Source: Hypanus sabinus (lineage: Eukaryota). Taken from it: 64,000 bases of DNA. The position numbers and the translations under genes were made by a program. Positions within the stretch are counted from its first letter, which is position 1; every line of letters begins with the position of its first letter. The stretch lies in assembly GCF_030144855.1 (NCBI RefSeq), contig NC_082714.1, forward strand, positions 18,104,001 through 18,168,000. Reading direction: 5' to 3'. Below the pieces are notes generated by a model. The model did no database searches, was not told where the DNA came from, and saw only the letters and a list, made by a program, of their open reading frames with translations. This document shows positions 1-9,716 of the stretch, in pieces.

Positions 1-1673
1 TGCACTACTGAGAACACTGCATGATTTCCATCATGATCCTTATAACAAGAGCCATCTACGAACAGAACCTTTTTATCTGCATCCTCTAGTGGTTCTGACC
101 GTAAATCTGCTCTCAATTTGGCAAAGGTCATCGTCTTCCCTACACAATCATGGGGTTCTCCTTCATAGCCCAAAGGGACAAAATCGGCTATATTACTGGT
201 AGTGCATCTCTGTATAGTTATGTCAGGAAATGTCAATAGCATCTGATATGCTACTATCCTGGCTGGCGTCAGCACAAATTTCCTTCTTTCCAGCAATTCT
301 GCTACTTTGTGGTGTGTGTACAGAGTCACAGGATAGCCCAGGGTTACAGATGATGCCTTTTCATATGCATAGTACAGCGCCGCCACAGGGTGGATACTCC
401 TGAGCCACCTCATCTAGTCTCGTACTGTAGTATGCTATCGGCTGCTTTGCTTTTCCTGTGCCTGTCTCTTGTGTTAGAACCGCTGTGACATAACCCTCCT
501 GTCGGTTGGATACATACAAATGAAAAACCTTCTCATAGTCAGGCAAAGCTAATGCTGGTGCTGACTGCAATTCCTGCTTAATAGTATTGAAAGCTATCTC
601 TGCCTCTCCATTCCACTGTAAGCCGTTCTTCAAATTGGTATGTCCTGCTTTCATTATCTTTCTCAAAGGTGCCACAATCTCAGCATTTTCTCTTATCCAA
701 TCTGAGCTGTACCCTGCCATTCCCAAAAACGTCATCATCTGCCCTACAGTCTGGGATTTTGGGGCCTCAGTTATTGCCTCAATCTGATCTGGTGCTATCG
801 CCTTCACTCCCTTGGAGATTACCCTGCCTAAGTATTCCACTTGCTGCGTGCAAAATTGCAGTTTCTTTTTGGATATTTTATGTCCTCCGTGCGCCAGCTT
901 CTCTAACAGAGTTATAGTGTCCTGCTTACACTGTTCCTTACTGTGGGAGCAAATCGACAGGTCATCCACATACTGTAACAATGTACTTTCCAATGGTATG
1001 CCCTCTAGGTCTGCCTTCAACACCTGATTAAAAACATGTGGTGAATGTTTAAACCCTTACTTCTGGTATAGGTATACTGAGCACCTCTGTAAGTAAATGC
1101 AAACAGATACTGACACTGGTCGGCTAGAGGAATGCTGAAGAAAGCCGAACACAAATCAATCACTGAAAAGTAACTTGCTTCTAGTGGAACATTAGTCAAA
1201 AGCGTGTGTGGGTTGGGGACTATCGCTGGCCAGTCCTCTACCACGTTGTTTACCACTCGCAAATCATGCACCAATCTCCACTTAGATTTATCTACTTTTA
1301 AGATGGGCAGCAACTGGGTATTGCATGGACTGTTTGTTCTTTTAAGCACTCCTATTTCAAGCAACCCAGGCACTGTCGATGCTATTTCCTCTTCTGCTTC
1401 TGGTCTTAGAGGGTATTGTGGTCTCCTGGGTGGAATTGCTCCCCTTTTCAGCCTTATTTCCACCGGACTAGCTGTTTTTATTTTCCCTACGTCCGTGTCA
1501 TGTTGTGACCACAGAATCGATGGCAACTCATCTAACCTATCTTTCTGCTGGCCTCTTTCCTTTCCCAGCAATGGCATGTGTGGTTGGGAAGTTATTTCGA
1601 CCTCTCTCACTGTCCCTACCATATCTACACTTACCATTATTTTAATGCAATTGTTGTCTTTTGATATCCACAC
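1..1673 (-). pseudogene. pol: ERV pol: reverse transcriptase, connection domain and start of RNase H (frameshifted)
   Basis: ORF 1017-1673 (WRLVHDLRVVN, IDLCSAFFSIP, YLFAFTY) and ORF 361-1023 (LLQYVDD, YLG, FLGMAGY, PIAYYS). A further frame reads VLFVDGSCY near position 45-70. Confidence 0.93.
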
Positions 1674-1699
1674 CTCTGGCGTGATTTTCCTCTACACTG

Positions 1700-2080
1700 T
1701 TATGGTTTCAGCACTCTTAACGAAGGGTCCCAAGTCTTTAGACTGATATCCCTTGTTTACCAACAACGTTACGTGGGGTGCAGCCTACGGTATCCTGCAC
1801 CATTTTTCTAAAAAGGTGTTCCACTTAACTTGTAAAGCTGCCCCTTGCTTTCCAATTATCACAGCCTCCCCTTCCAGGTGCTGTTGGGTACATGCCTCCA
1901 GGTGCCATCTCTCCTCTAACTCCCTGTTCTGAGTCTCGTCTAAAATCACTGTACAATGTAGCTCAGATTTGGGCATTACAGCCCTGGGTAAATATAGCCT
2001 GCACGCCCTTTTTCCATTTTTCCCAGGCTTCCTGAATCTGATCTGCGATGTCTCCTATCCGAAAGACATTAGCCTTCTTG
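1700..2080 (-). pseudogene. 2H-phosphodiesterase-like (CNPase-like) domain between ERV protease and RT
   Basis: Two HxT motifs in one frame: SELHCTVIL (ORF 1785-1976) and, past one TAG, AAPHVTLLVNKGYQSKDLGPFV (~1719-1784). Confidence 0.7.
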
Positions 2081-2089
2081 TCTTCTCGC

Positions 2090-2490
2090 ATTATCAATTG
2101 AGACCCTGCTCTTTCCACATTCAGCCCATTTCTGGTGCATTCTAATTTTAATTCCAGTTTCAATAAGGCATCTCTGCCTAACAAATTAATCGGAGTTCCT
2201 TTAGATACTAGCACCGGCAAACCAATTCCTTTATTTCCCATTCTCAACTGCACTGGAGCCGTGCACTGTGTCAACTGTGTTTTCCCCGAGAACCCTACCG
2301 TCTTAAACTTTCCTGACATGGGAAGGTGAAGGGCATAATACTGTGGCTGTACACAAGTGTACGTGGCACCAGTATCTATCATCATTGGTGTCAGTTGCCC
2401 TTCTAACATAACCTGAACAATGGATTCCTCGTCTGCCTCCCTTAATATCATTGGGTAATGTCCTTTCCCACTGGAGTTCTCGGGGCACCC
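2090..2490 (-). pseudogene. pro: ERV aspartyl protease
   Basis: MIDTGATYT catalytic motif and PINLLGRDAL in ORF 1963-2799. Confidence 0.92.
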
Positions 2491-4784
2491 GTAATACCTC
2501 GCATAGGAGTTCACAGGTCCGCTTGGGCCTGTGGGGGCTGGTCCTTGACTAAACTTTAGTTCCCTTCTTATCGGTTCCTGCTGGTGTGCGACAGGCCATG
2601 GTGTAAACGGACAATCATTTCTCATGTGAACTGGCTGATTACATCCCCAGTACAGTCTCTCGACCTCTCCTCCCCCCGTTTCCTCACTGGTCCCCTCTGC
2701 CATAGCTCCTCTGTCCCCCTCCTTGGGACTTCCAGTCCTGTCTGAGCTGTTTGAATTTAGTCTGTTCCTGATAGGGCACTTGTGGGAATGTTCCTCCAAA
2801 GACGTTGATTATTGGCATGGGGCTTTCCAGCCCTTGTCTTACAGTATGATCGGTTCCTCCATATACTGGTGCTTCATCCAGTTCGATGGCTGTACTCAGA
2901 CACCACGGTGGTTGCTGGCAGCATCGTTTTGCTTTTCTCTTTTTCCTTCTTTTTGAGTTCTTCGAGCTGCATTTGTATTAACTTTCTTTGCACCTCTTCC
3001 TGCTGCTCAGCCAACCTTCGTTTGTCTTTCCGGTATTTCTTAACCGCATGGACTACGTGGTCTCTAAATTCTTGTGGGATCATTGACATCAGCCCAACCA
3101 CTTCCTCCAGTTTGGATTTTGCTTGCGGAGGCACTGCATCCAAAATGCTATGTCATAACAGTGGTGATAAATAAGCTATTTTCCACCTCTTGCTCAGTCT
3201 CCACCTTTTCAACTGGTTTTCTACGTAGGCTGCTGGGTTTTCAGTGACTCCCAGTGGATCCCCCTTGGGTAGATAAAGCTTCCTGAGGGCCTGCCATACC
3301 CTCTGCCTCACTCTGTCAAACCTGTCTCCATCAGATCTCGGGTCGTTCGAGTTTACTATTCCAGCCATTTCCATTAATTCGTTAAATTTGGAGGTTCCCA
3401 TCAACCTTATCAATAGTGCCTTCAAATCTCCCATAGCCAATAATCCTCCCGCCGTTTCTTCTTCAAAGGCTCTAATCCATTTCCCTGCTCCTTCATGTAG
3501 ATTGGGCAGAGTGTTTTTCAGCCCTTCTAGGTCCTGGGATCCCCAAGGGATGTACTGCACTTGTCCTGATCCTTTAACTAACAACGGCATCATTTTTCCA
3601 CCTTCTTCCCACCTGCCCTGGCTCTCCTCCTCCCCTGACTCCCCATCTGTCTCAGTGTATGACTTTATTGCCTCCCACACAAATTTCTCCGGGGTCCTCT
3701 TCTTCCCTTGGTCTCCCTGTGGAGTCCTTTCTTTCTGTCTTGATTCAATACTTGCTTGGCCCCTGGAGTATTTTTCGCATCTCCTCTGGCAATCCCCTCT
3801 CAGTAACTTATCTAGCTCTCTTTCTACTTCTGCAAGTCGCTCCCCTACCGCCTTCTTCTGCTCTTCTAGGCTTCTGCCTCCTACCTCTTCCCCACAAATT
3901 CTCGCATCCTCTCTCTCTCCACTTAACTCTTGCTCCTCCAATGAGTCACCTTCTCTTTCTTCCTGTCCGTGTCTGTACACCTGTGGCAGGGACTCCTCAT
4001 GATCCTTACTCGTGCTTGATTCCCTTCTCTCTTATGTTTCTCCAAGACTGTCATCTATCTTTTTTCCACTTCCTCTTGAATGCCTCATCTCTTCCTGCCC
4101 TGATGAGCCACTTTCTTTTCTAGTCTGTTTATTTCTATGGTATAACCCATACTCCTTTTCCTCTCTCAAGTATTTCATTCATTCAATCTCTTCTTTCATT
4201 TCTCTTTGCCTGTTCCACCTTTATCCTTTCTGCCTGTATCTCCTTCCATATCGGCACTTTTTCCTTCTCGTATTGTTTTTTTTTCCTCCTCATTATCCCA
4301 AACTTGTACCTCTCCCTGCATGTTTACTGTTCCCATCAGCAGGGGGCACTGCTTAGGGGTTCCTTCCTCATTATAGGGAGGGGGCTTTTCTGTTTCTTTC
4401 GCATCCGGGTACGGAGCTGAAGTCAGCTTCTCACTGTACCTTCCTCTCTCTCTAACAGGCTGTTTCTCCAGCACCTTAGTGTCTTCCCCGCTTGTAATCA
4501 ATATTCCACCTGTCCTCTTCAGCCTTTCTCCCTCCGTTCTGAAGAGTTTTAGCACTTCCATTTCTCGTTCTTTTTGCCCTCTTTTCTTAGATTTATCTTT
4601 TGGTTTGTGATTTTTAATTAGTGCCTCCATTTCTTCGCACAAGCTTACATCAAACGTTCCTTCTCTTGGCCATTTTGTGACCAGGTTTTTGGTTCCCTTT
4701 TCCCATTTAAGTTTTTGTGATCTCATATTTATTTACCAGGATTTTTTTGCTCAGAATTTCTACAGCCGTTCCTTTATCTGTCAT
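2491..4784 (-). pseudogene. gag: ERV gag (MA, acidic spacer, CA, NC), broken by frameshifts
   Basis: Likely ATG at 4784 (MTDKGTAVEILSKK). ORFs 4196-4726 (WPREGTFD, PPPY), 3153-3980 (YIPWGSQDL, LHEGAGKWIRAFEE), 2874-3143, and YWGCNQPVHMRNDC (degenerate zinc knuckle). Confidence 0.85.
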
Positions 4785-4925
4785 GTTGTTCTCTCTTTTT
4801 AAGGTATTTCAGAGATTCACAGTTCATTTACTGGATAATATTATTTACTCTAATTCTATACCTAGTCTATCGTCTATCTACCAGCGCTTTAAACTATATA
4901 TTGGACTGTCCTTGTTTCCTATTCT

Positions 4926-5093
4926 GTTCTGCCCGTACAGACCTCTATTCAGAGCGGTATCCACAGAACTTTCTCTTTGCACCTCGTCTATTCAGACCCT
5001 TATCTCTTAAGGGGGTATCCACGAGGATTTTCTCTATTCTCCTTTCCCTGCCTGTTCAGACCTTCGTTTCATACGAAGCGGTATCCACAGGGA
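4926..5093 (-). other. Three repeated structured RNA modules in the ERV leader (candidate packaging signal)
   Basis: Three units share UGGAUACC and GUCUG but have different, fully complementary inner and outer stems. Confidence 0.7.
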
Positions 5094-5100
5094 CTTACCA
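5093..5100 (-). promoter_or_regulatory. Candidate ERV major splice donor TG|GTAAGT
   Basis: Consensus donor (GT at 5098-5097) between the PBS and the gag start. Confidence 0.6.
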
Positions 5101-5416
5101 ACATGACGTGGAATTTTTCTTCGCTTAACTTCTTGTTAACTTATTTGTACTTACGCTCACTGCAGTGTTCTTGATCAATCCTCTGAGGCTCCTGTTAACC
5201 CCCAATTCTGCCAGATTCTTTGGACCGGAGAGACCCTTCGGCAGTGGTTCCACACTTCTGAGACTCCAAGAGCTCCGCAAAACCAACAGAATTCTTAGTC
5301 CAAATTGTCGCAAAAAGCGCTTGGGTGCACCCTTAATTCTGTTAGCCTTGTGGGGGTCCCTAGAGGACTGGGAAGCGTCCCCAATCTGCCTTTTCCTTTC
5401 CACGGGTCTCTTTCCG

Positions 5417-5434
5417 GTCCTGCCTTGGTCGCCA
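5417..5434 (-). promoter_or_regulatory. Primer binding site, tRNA-Arg-like
   Basis: TGGCGACCAAGGCAGGAC 4 nt after the LTR-terminal CA; 16/18 match to the recalled complement of the vertebrate tRNA-Arg(TCG) 3' end (TGGCGACCGCGGCAGGAC). Confidence 0.75.
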
Positions 5435-5438
5435 ATTT

Positions 5439-5902
5439 TGTCGTGGTTTCTCGTGCCCCACAAACGACCAGGAGATGTAGAAGATTCTTCAAGTATTGAA
5501 CTTTAATTTGCAAATCAAAGCTGAGACAGTCATTGAGCTAGTTGCTGATTGCCCACAGATCCTTGTACATAGCATTTTTTACAACAATCCCCTGGTTTAG
5601 TTGCATTAGCATATCCAATAGGTCTACAGTTGCGTATCACAAGTACAGCCACCACTATTGTTTCTACCCATTGACTTAATCATGTTCTAATCTACATCTC
5701 TTAGCTACCTCTCATTAACACACCATTATAATCTACAACTCTTCACTAGCCTCTCATTAACACCCCATTATCTTCTACATTCTTAAGATTTCATTCTCCT
5801 ACTAAATTGGATACCTGCATAGCAAATAGCAAGCTCAAAGCTGACTACATAGTTTTGGTTACACAGCAAACAATGCAACTTTTATACTCCAATACTTTCA
5901 CA
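5439..5902 (-). repeat. ERV 5' LTR (~464 bp)
   Basis: Minus strand starts TGTGAAAG and ends CGACA next to the PBS. ATTAAA at ~5502-5507, TATA-like TGTAAAAAA at ~5575-5583, ~42-bp tandem repeat in U3 (~5700-5790). The outer boundary cannot be confirmed without the 3' LTR. Confidence 0.75.
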
Positions 5903-5923
5903 TTCAGGTGTTCTTTATACAAA

Positions 5924-7135
5924 GTAACACACACAAAATGCTGGAGGAATTCAGCAGGTCAGGCAGCATCTTTGGAAATTAATATGCAGTTAATGTTTTG
6001 GGCTGAGACTCTTCTTCAAGACTGGAAAGGAAGGGGGAAGATGCCCAAATAAAAAGGCAGAGGGGGGAAGGAAAGGAGGATAGCTGGAAGGCGATAGGTG
6101 AAGCTAGTGGGTGGAAAAGGTTTGGGTCTGGAGAGGAAGGAATCTGATAGGGAGAACAGATCCTGGTACAGTGAGATGGTACCTCAGGTAGACACCGGGG
6201 AAGAGTGGGGAATAGAACAAGTGAGGAGCGGGAAGGGGGAAAAAATTATAGACAGAAGAAAAGGATGTTCTTGCCATCAGTTTGGAGGCTACCCAGACGG
6301 AATATGAGGTGCTGTTCTTCAACCCCGACTGATCTCATCGTGGCACAACAGGAAGCCATGGTCCGACGTGTCTGAACAGGAGTGGGAATACAAATTAAAA
6401 TGGCTGGCCACCAGGGAAATTACACTTTTTGCAGATAGTGTGGAGGTGCTCAAGAAAGCTGTACCCCAATATACAAGCAACACACACAAAATGATGGTGG
6501 AACGCAGCAGGCCAGGCAGCATCTATGGGAAGAAGCACTGTTGATGTTTCAGGCCGAGACCCTTCATCAGGACTAACTGAAAGGAAAGATAGTAAGAGAT
6601 TTGAAAGCAGAAGTGGGAGAAGGAAATGCAAAATGATAGAAGACCGGAAGGGGTGGGATGAAGCTGAGAGCTGGAAAGGTGATTGGCAAAAGGGATACAT
6701 AGCTGGAGAAGGGAAAGGATCATGGAACAGGAGGCCTAGGGAGAAAGAAAGAGAAGGGGAGCACCAGAGGGAGATAGAGAACAGGCAGAGTGATGGGCAG
6801 AGAGAGAAAAAAAAGGGGAGAACTAAATATATCAGGAGACTGCATTGGAAGCATGGGATACAATAGAAGTGTTGCCTCATCTGGAAGGAATGTTTGGGAC
6901 CCTGAATGTAGGTGAGGAACATGTATGGGCAGGTGTAGCACTTTGTGGAAAGTGGACAGTGGGAGTTAAAGATGTGCTTGGTGGTAGGATCCCTTTGGAG
7001 AAGATGGAATTTGCAGAGGATGATAAGGTGGAAAGTGAGAACGAGGAACTCTTTCTGTTTGGGCGTTCGGATGATAGGGTGAGCACATTTGTTTGGAAAA
7101 ATATAGGAGATGCAGATGAGGGCAGAATCAGCTTT
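5924..7135 (-). mobile_element. Two adjacent truncated Penelope-like element remnants
   Basis: Repeated terminal motif acacacaaaatgctgg...gcagcatc at ~5926 and ~6480. Degenerate C-terminal/GIY-YIG-region residues in ORF 6395-7141 (HLLQRDPTTKHIF, CYTCPY, IPCFQCSLLIY). Decayed hammerhead cores at ~5990-6022 and ~6540-6574. Confidence 0.7.
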
Positions 7136-7329
7136 ACACAAACATGTGGAAGTGGTATTGACTAATATCGCTACTGAAGTTTATAAAGTACCAAAGTACA
7201 AGTACGTTCCATTGCATCTGTGAGAGGCTTTCACTCAACCAATGATTTTCAATTTAAAAGCATGAACTCTCGTGTCTGGATATGACAAATGTTCAAACAT
7301 AAAACCGTGCAGCAGCTACAGTGACATCA

Positions 7330-8400
7330 TGGTGCCGGTCAGTGTGCGGCACATGGGCCTTAAAACTCCCAATTAAACTCGGGAAGGATCGCGGGCAAGC
7401 AGCCTACTAAAAGTCGGCAAGCAGCCACGATTAATCGTAGTGAGCGTTCCTGTCTATGGCAGTCTCTGCCCCACAAGAAACCTCAATATTTCGCGTCGTG
7501 GATAAGTTTTTACCTTCCGCCGCCTCCATCCTCCCGTTTCTCGATCCAGTACCCGCCGCCGCGTACGTGCGCGTACCCCTACGAGCGCGTGAGTACCTTC
7601 GCGTCCCCCGCCGTGTGATGTCACGTCACGGCGGCGGGCACGCACACTGCCACCTCAGATCGAGTTGTTCCGGCATCAAACCTTGACGGGCTGTCAATGC
7701 GGCACGATTGACGCGCATCCTGTCCACTCACCAAGTAGATTGCGGAGACGGCTGTCCGCGTAGACGTATAGGAAAGAGCTCTGGATGTGACGGGGCGGGG
7801 ACTCGTGTGGTTGAAAGGGCGGGGCGGGGAGGGGGGGTGCTGCTCCATGCACAATAAAAACAGTGAGTGGGGGTGGCCGACCCTTGGCTGGAAGCTGAGC
7901 GGAGTGTCGGGTTATTAACCCAGGTGGGTGACTGTCGGGCACGGGCAGTGACCGGAACATACGAGGTTGGTAGGGAACGGTGGTCCTTTCAGCCTGAGGC
8001 CTGCGGGTCTGGAGCTGGCTTGTCCCACCCCGGCTGTTTGCCCCTACTTGCTACCCAGTGCCTCACCTCATTAGCCCCGCTCAACCTAGGTTTCGACTTC
8101 GCCCTCTAACGACCTCAACTTCCTCCATTCCCTTCCTCGAGGCCGCACCTCATTTCTTCCCCAGTCCTCGCCCGACCCTCGGGACGGTGATGCCTTTCAG
8201 CGAAGCGCTCGTTTCCCTTTCCAGGGGCTAGTGTACTGCTGTCACAACACCCCCCCCCCCACCTCCAAACTACGAGTTTGGTAGGAACAACAGTGACTGG
8301 GTTCGCCCTCCTGATCAACTTGAGGTAAATACCCCGCCCGCCGTTTGATGTGCTGTGGGGAGGGATATGGCTGGCTGGGGCTGAGTTTTTGTTGCAACGC
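7330..8400. promoter_or_regulatory. CpG island / bidirectional promoter for NUBP2 and SPSB3
   Basis: CpG-dense. CRE/ATF-like TGATGTCACGTCA at ~7616-7628; GC boxes at 7791-7800 and ~7817-7829; candidate non-coding exon-1 donors for SPSB3 at 7863 (gtgagt) and 7924 (gtgggt). Confidence 0.8.
7514..7529 (-). CDS. NUBP2: NUBP2 first coding exon (cytosolic Fe-S cluster assembly factor); later exons lie beyond the left edge
   Basis: ATG GAG GCG GCG GAA G|gtaaaa (MEAAE), 16 nt then a donor, inside a CpG island. Resembles the human NUBP2 N-terminus MEAAAE and sits head-to-head with SPSB3 as in human. Only 5 codons are visible. Confidence 0.7.
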
Positions 8401-9716
8401 AAAGTCATCAGCAAACAAATGCATAACAAACTGCGCAACGTAATTGCAATAATAGACGCTTTCCCTTTCCAATCTTGTGCTTTTAAGAAAGAAATGTCCC
8501 AATTTATGTGAGCGTGATGTACATCTAATCAAGTAATCGCTTAGTTTTATATTTAAATAACTGTCCATTTACTGAGTAAGTTGTCCTTGTAACGCAATGA
8601 AGTACGTGACCCTACTGTTTTCGGTAACAAGGGCACGTTGATGCCTGGCCAGGATGGCCCGTGACGTTGAATTTTTGGTTTGTTTGCTCAGGCAATAATG
8701 TTGTGAAATTAAAGGTGATTCCAATAAAACACGGGTCTATTGCTTACCAAATTGAGAATGTACTTCAGAATTTGCTAATTGTATATCGCTGTGGGTAAGT
8801 CAGTACTGTACTGGTAACATAATTTTTTTATTTAAGATTTCGAACTTTATCATACCTTTTAAAATGAAATAATGTAGCATAAAACATTGCCAAATCTCCA
8901 AAGCAGAAGTATCACGTGTAAGAAAAAATTTAACAAGTCTTGCACCCTTATGGCTTTGAATCGGCCTCTACTTCTGGCTCACCTGTGCATTACCATTTGG
9001 AGTGGATTTTTGTTTTAAATCCTATTTTGGTTCTTTTGCTGATCACTCAGTTCTACATGATCTCATTAAGAAAGTATTTCGGTATAGGTGAAAGGTATCT
9101 TGCAGCAATTGTAAAGAGCCTTGTTGCAATGACAGCTGGAGTACGGAGAGCATTATTTTGACCTCCGGACACTTACTGAATTAAAAAAAATGTTTTTTTT
9201 GTTATGAAGGGAGTGAAAATTCGCACGGAGAGAAGGTTCTCTTCATAATTGAGTAAGCTGGGCTTATTTTTTTCCTAGACTAAGAATAATGACAGGAAAT
9301 GTCATTGAAACTTGTAAAGTTGTTACTTGGCTGGATATAAAGAGGATGTTACTCTTGACTGTCTAGAACCATTGATCTTGCTCTCGCAATAATTGAAGAC
9401 CATTTTAAAACAAAAGTGGGAAGAAATTTCTTCACATGGTGACGGGTCGGAGGCTCAGTCATTGAGCTCATTCAAAGTAAATGTATTCCATGATATTAAA
9501 GGAATAAATATATTGGAGATTTACTGTAGAAAATAAACTGTGAGATGTGATTCTACGACTTATGGACTCTCTTTAAAGGACTTTACAGCTTGTGTTCTTT
9601 GTATTTGTTTATTTGCACATAGGTTGGTTGTAAGCTTTTGTGTGACTCTGTTGTACTACTTTGTTCTACTGTGAGTGCCGAAGAAAAAGAATCCCCAGGT
9701 AGTATAGGGTGACATT

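Larger units (their letters stand above)
1..5902 (-). mobile_element. Decayed class I (gamma/epsilon-like) endogenous retrovirus, 5' half (LTR-PBS-leader-gag-pro-pol); continues off the left edge
   Basis: Ordered minus-strand parts: LTR, PBS, matrix WPREGTFD, PPPY, capsid YIPWGSQDL, degenerate CCHC, protease DTGA, RT YVDD, RNase H FVDGS. Multiple stops and frameshifts. Confidence 0.95.

Noticed and set aside
1690-1790. APOBEC-type G-to-A hypermutation of the provirus
   Set aside because: Only one or two stops are plausibly TGG to TAG; a family consensus is needed to judge.
587-5506. Plus-strand ORFs over the ERV (e.g. 1204-1746, 3388-4002) as antisense genes
   Set aside because: Shadow frames of purine-rich gag/pol with no recognisable motifs, mostly with non-ATG starts.
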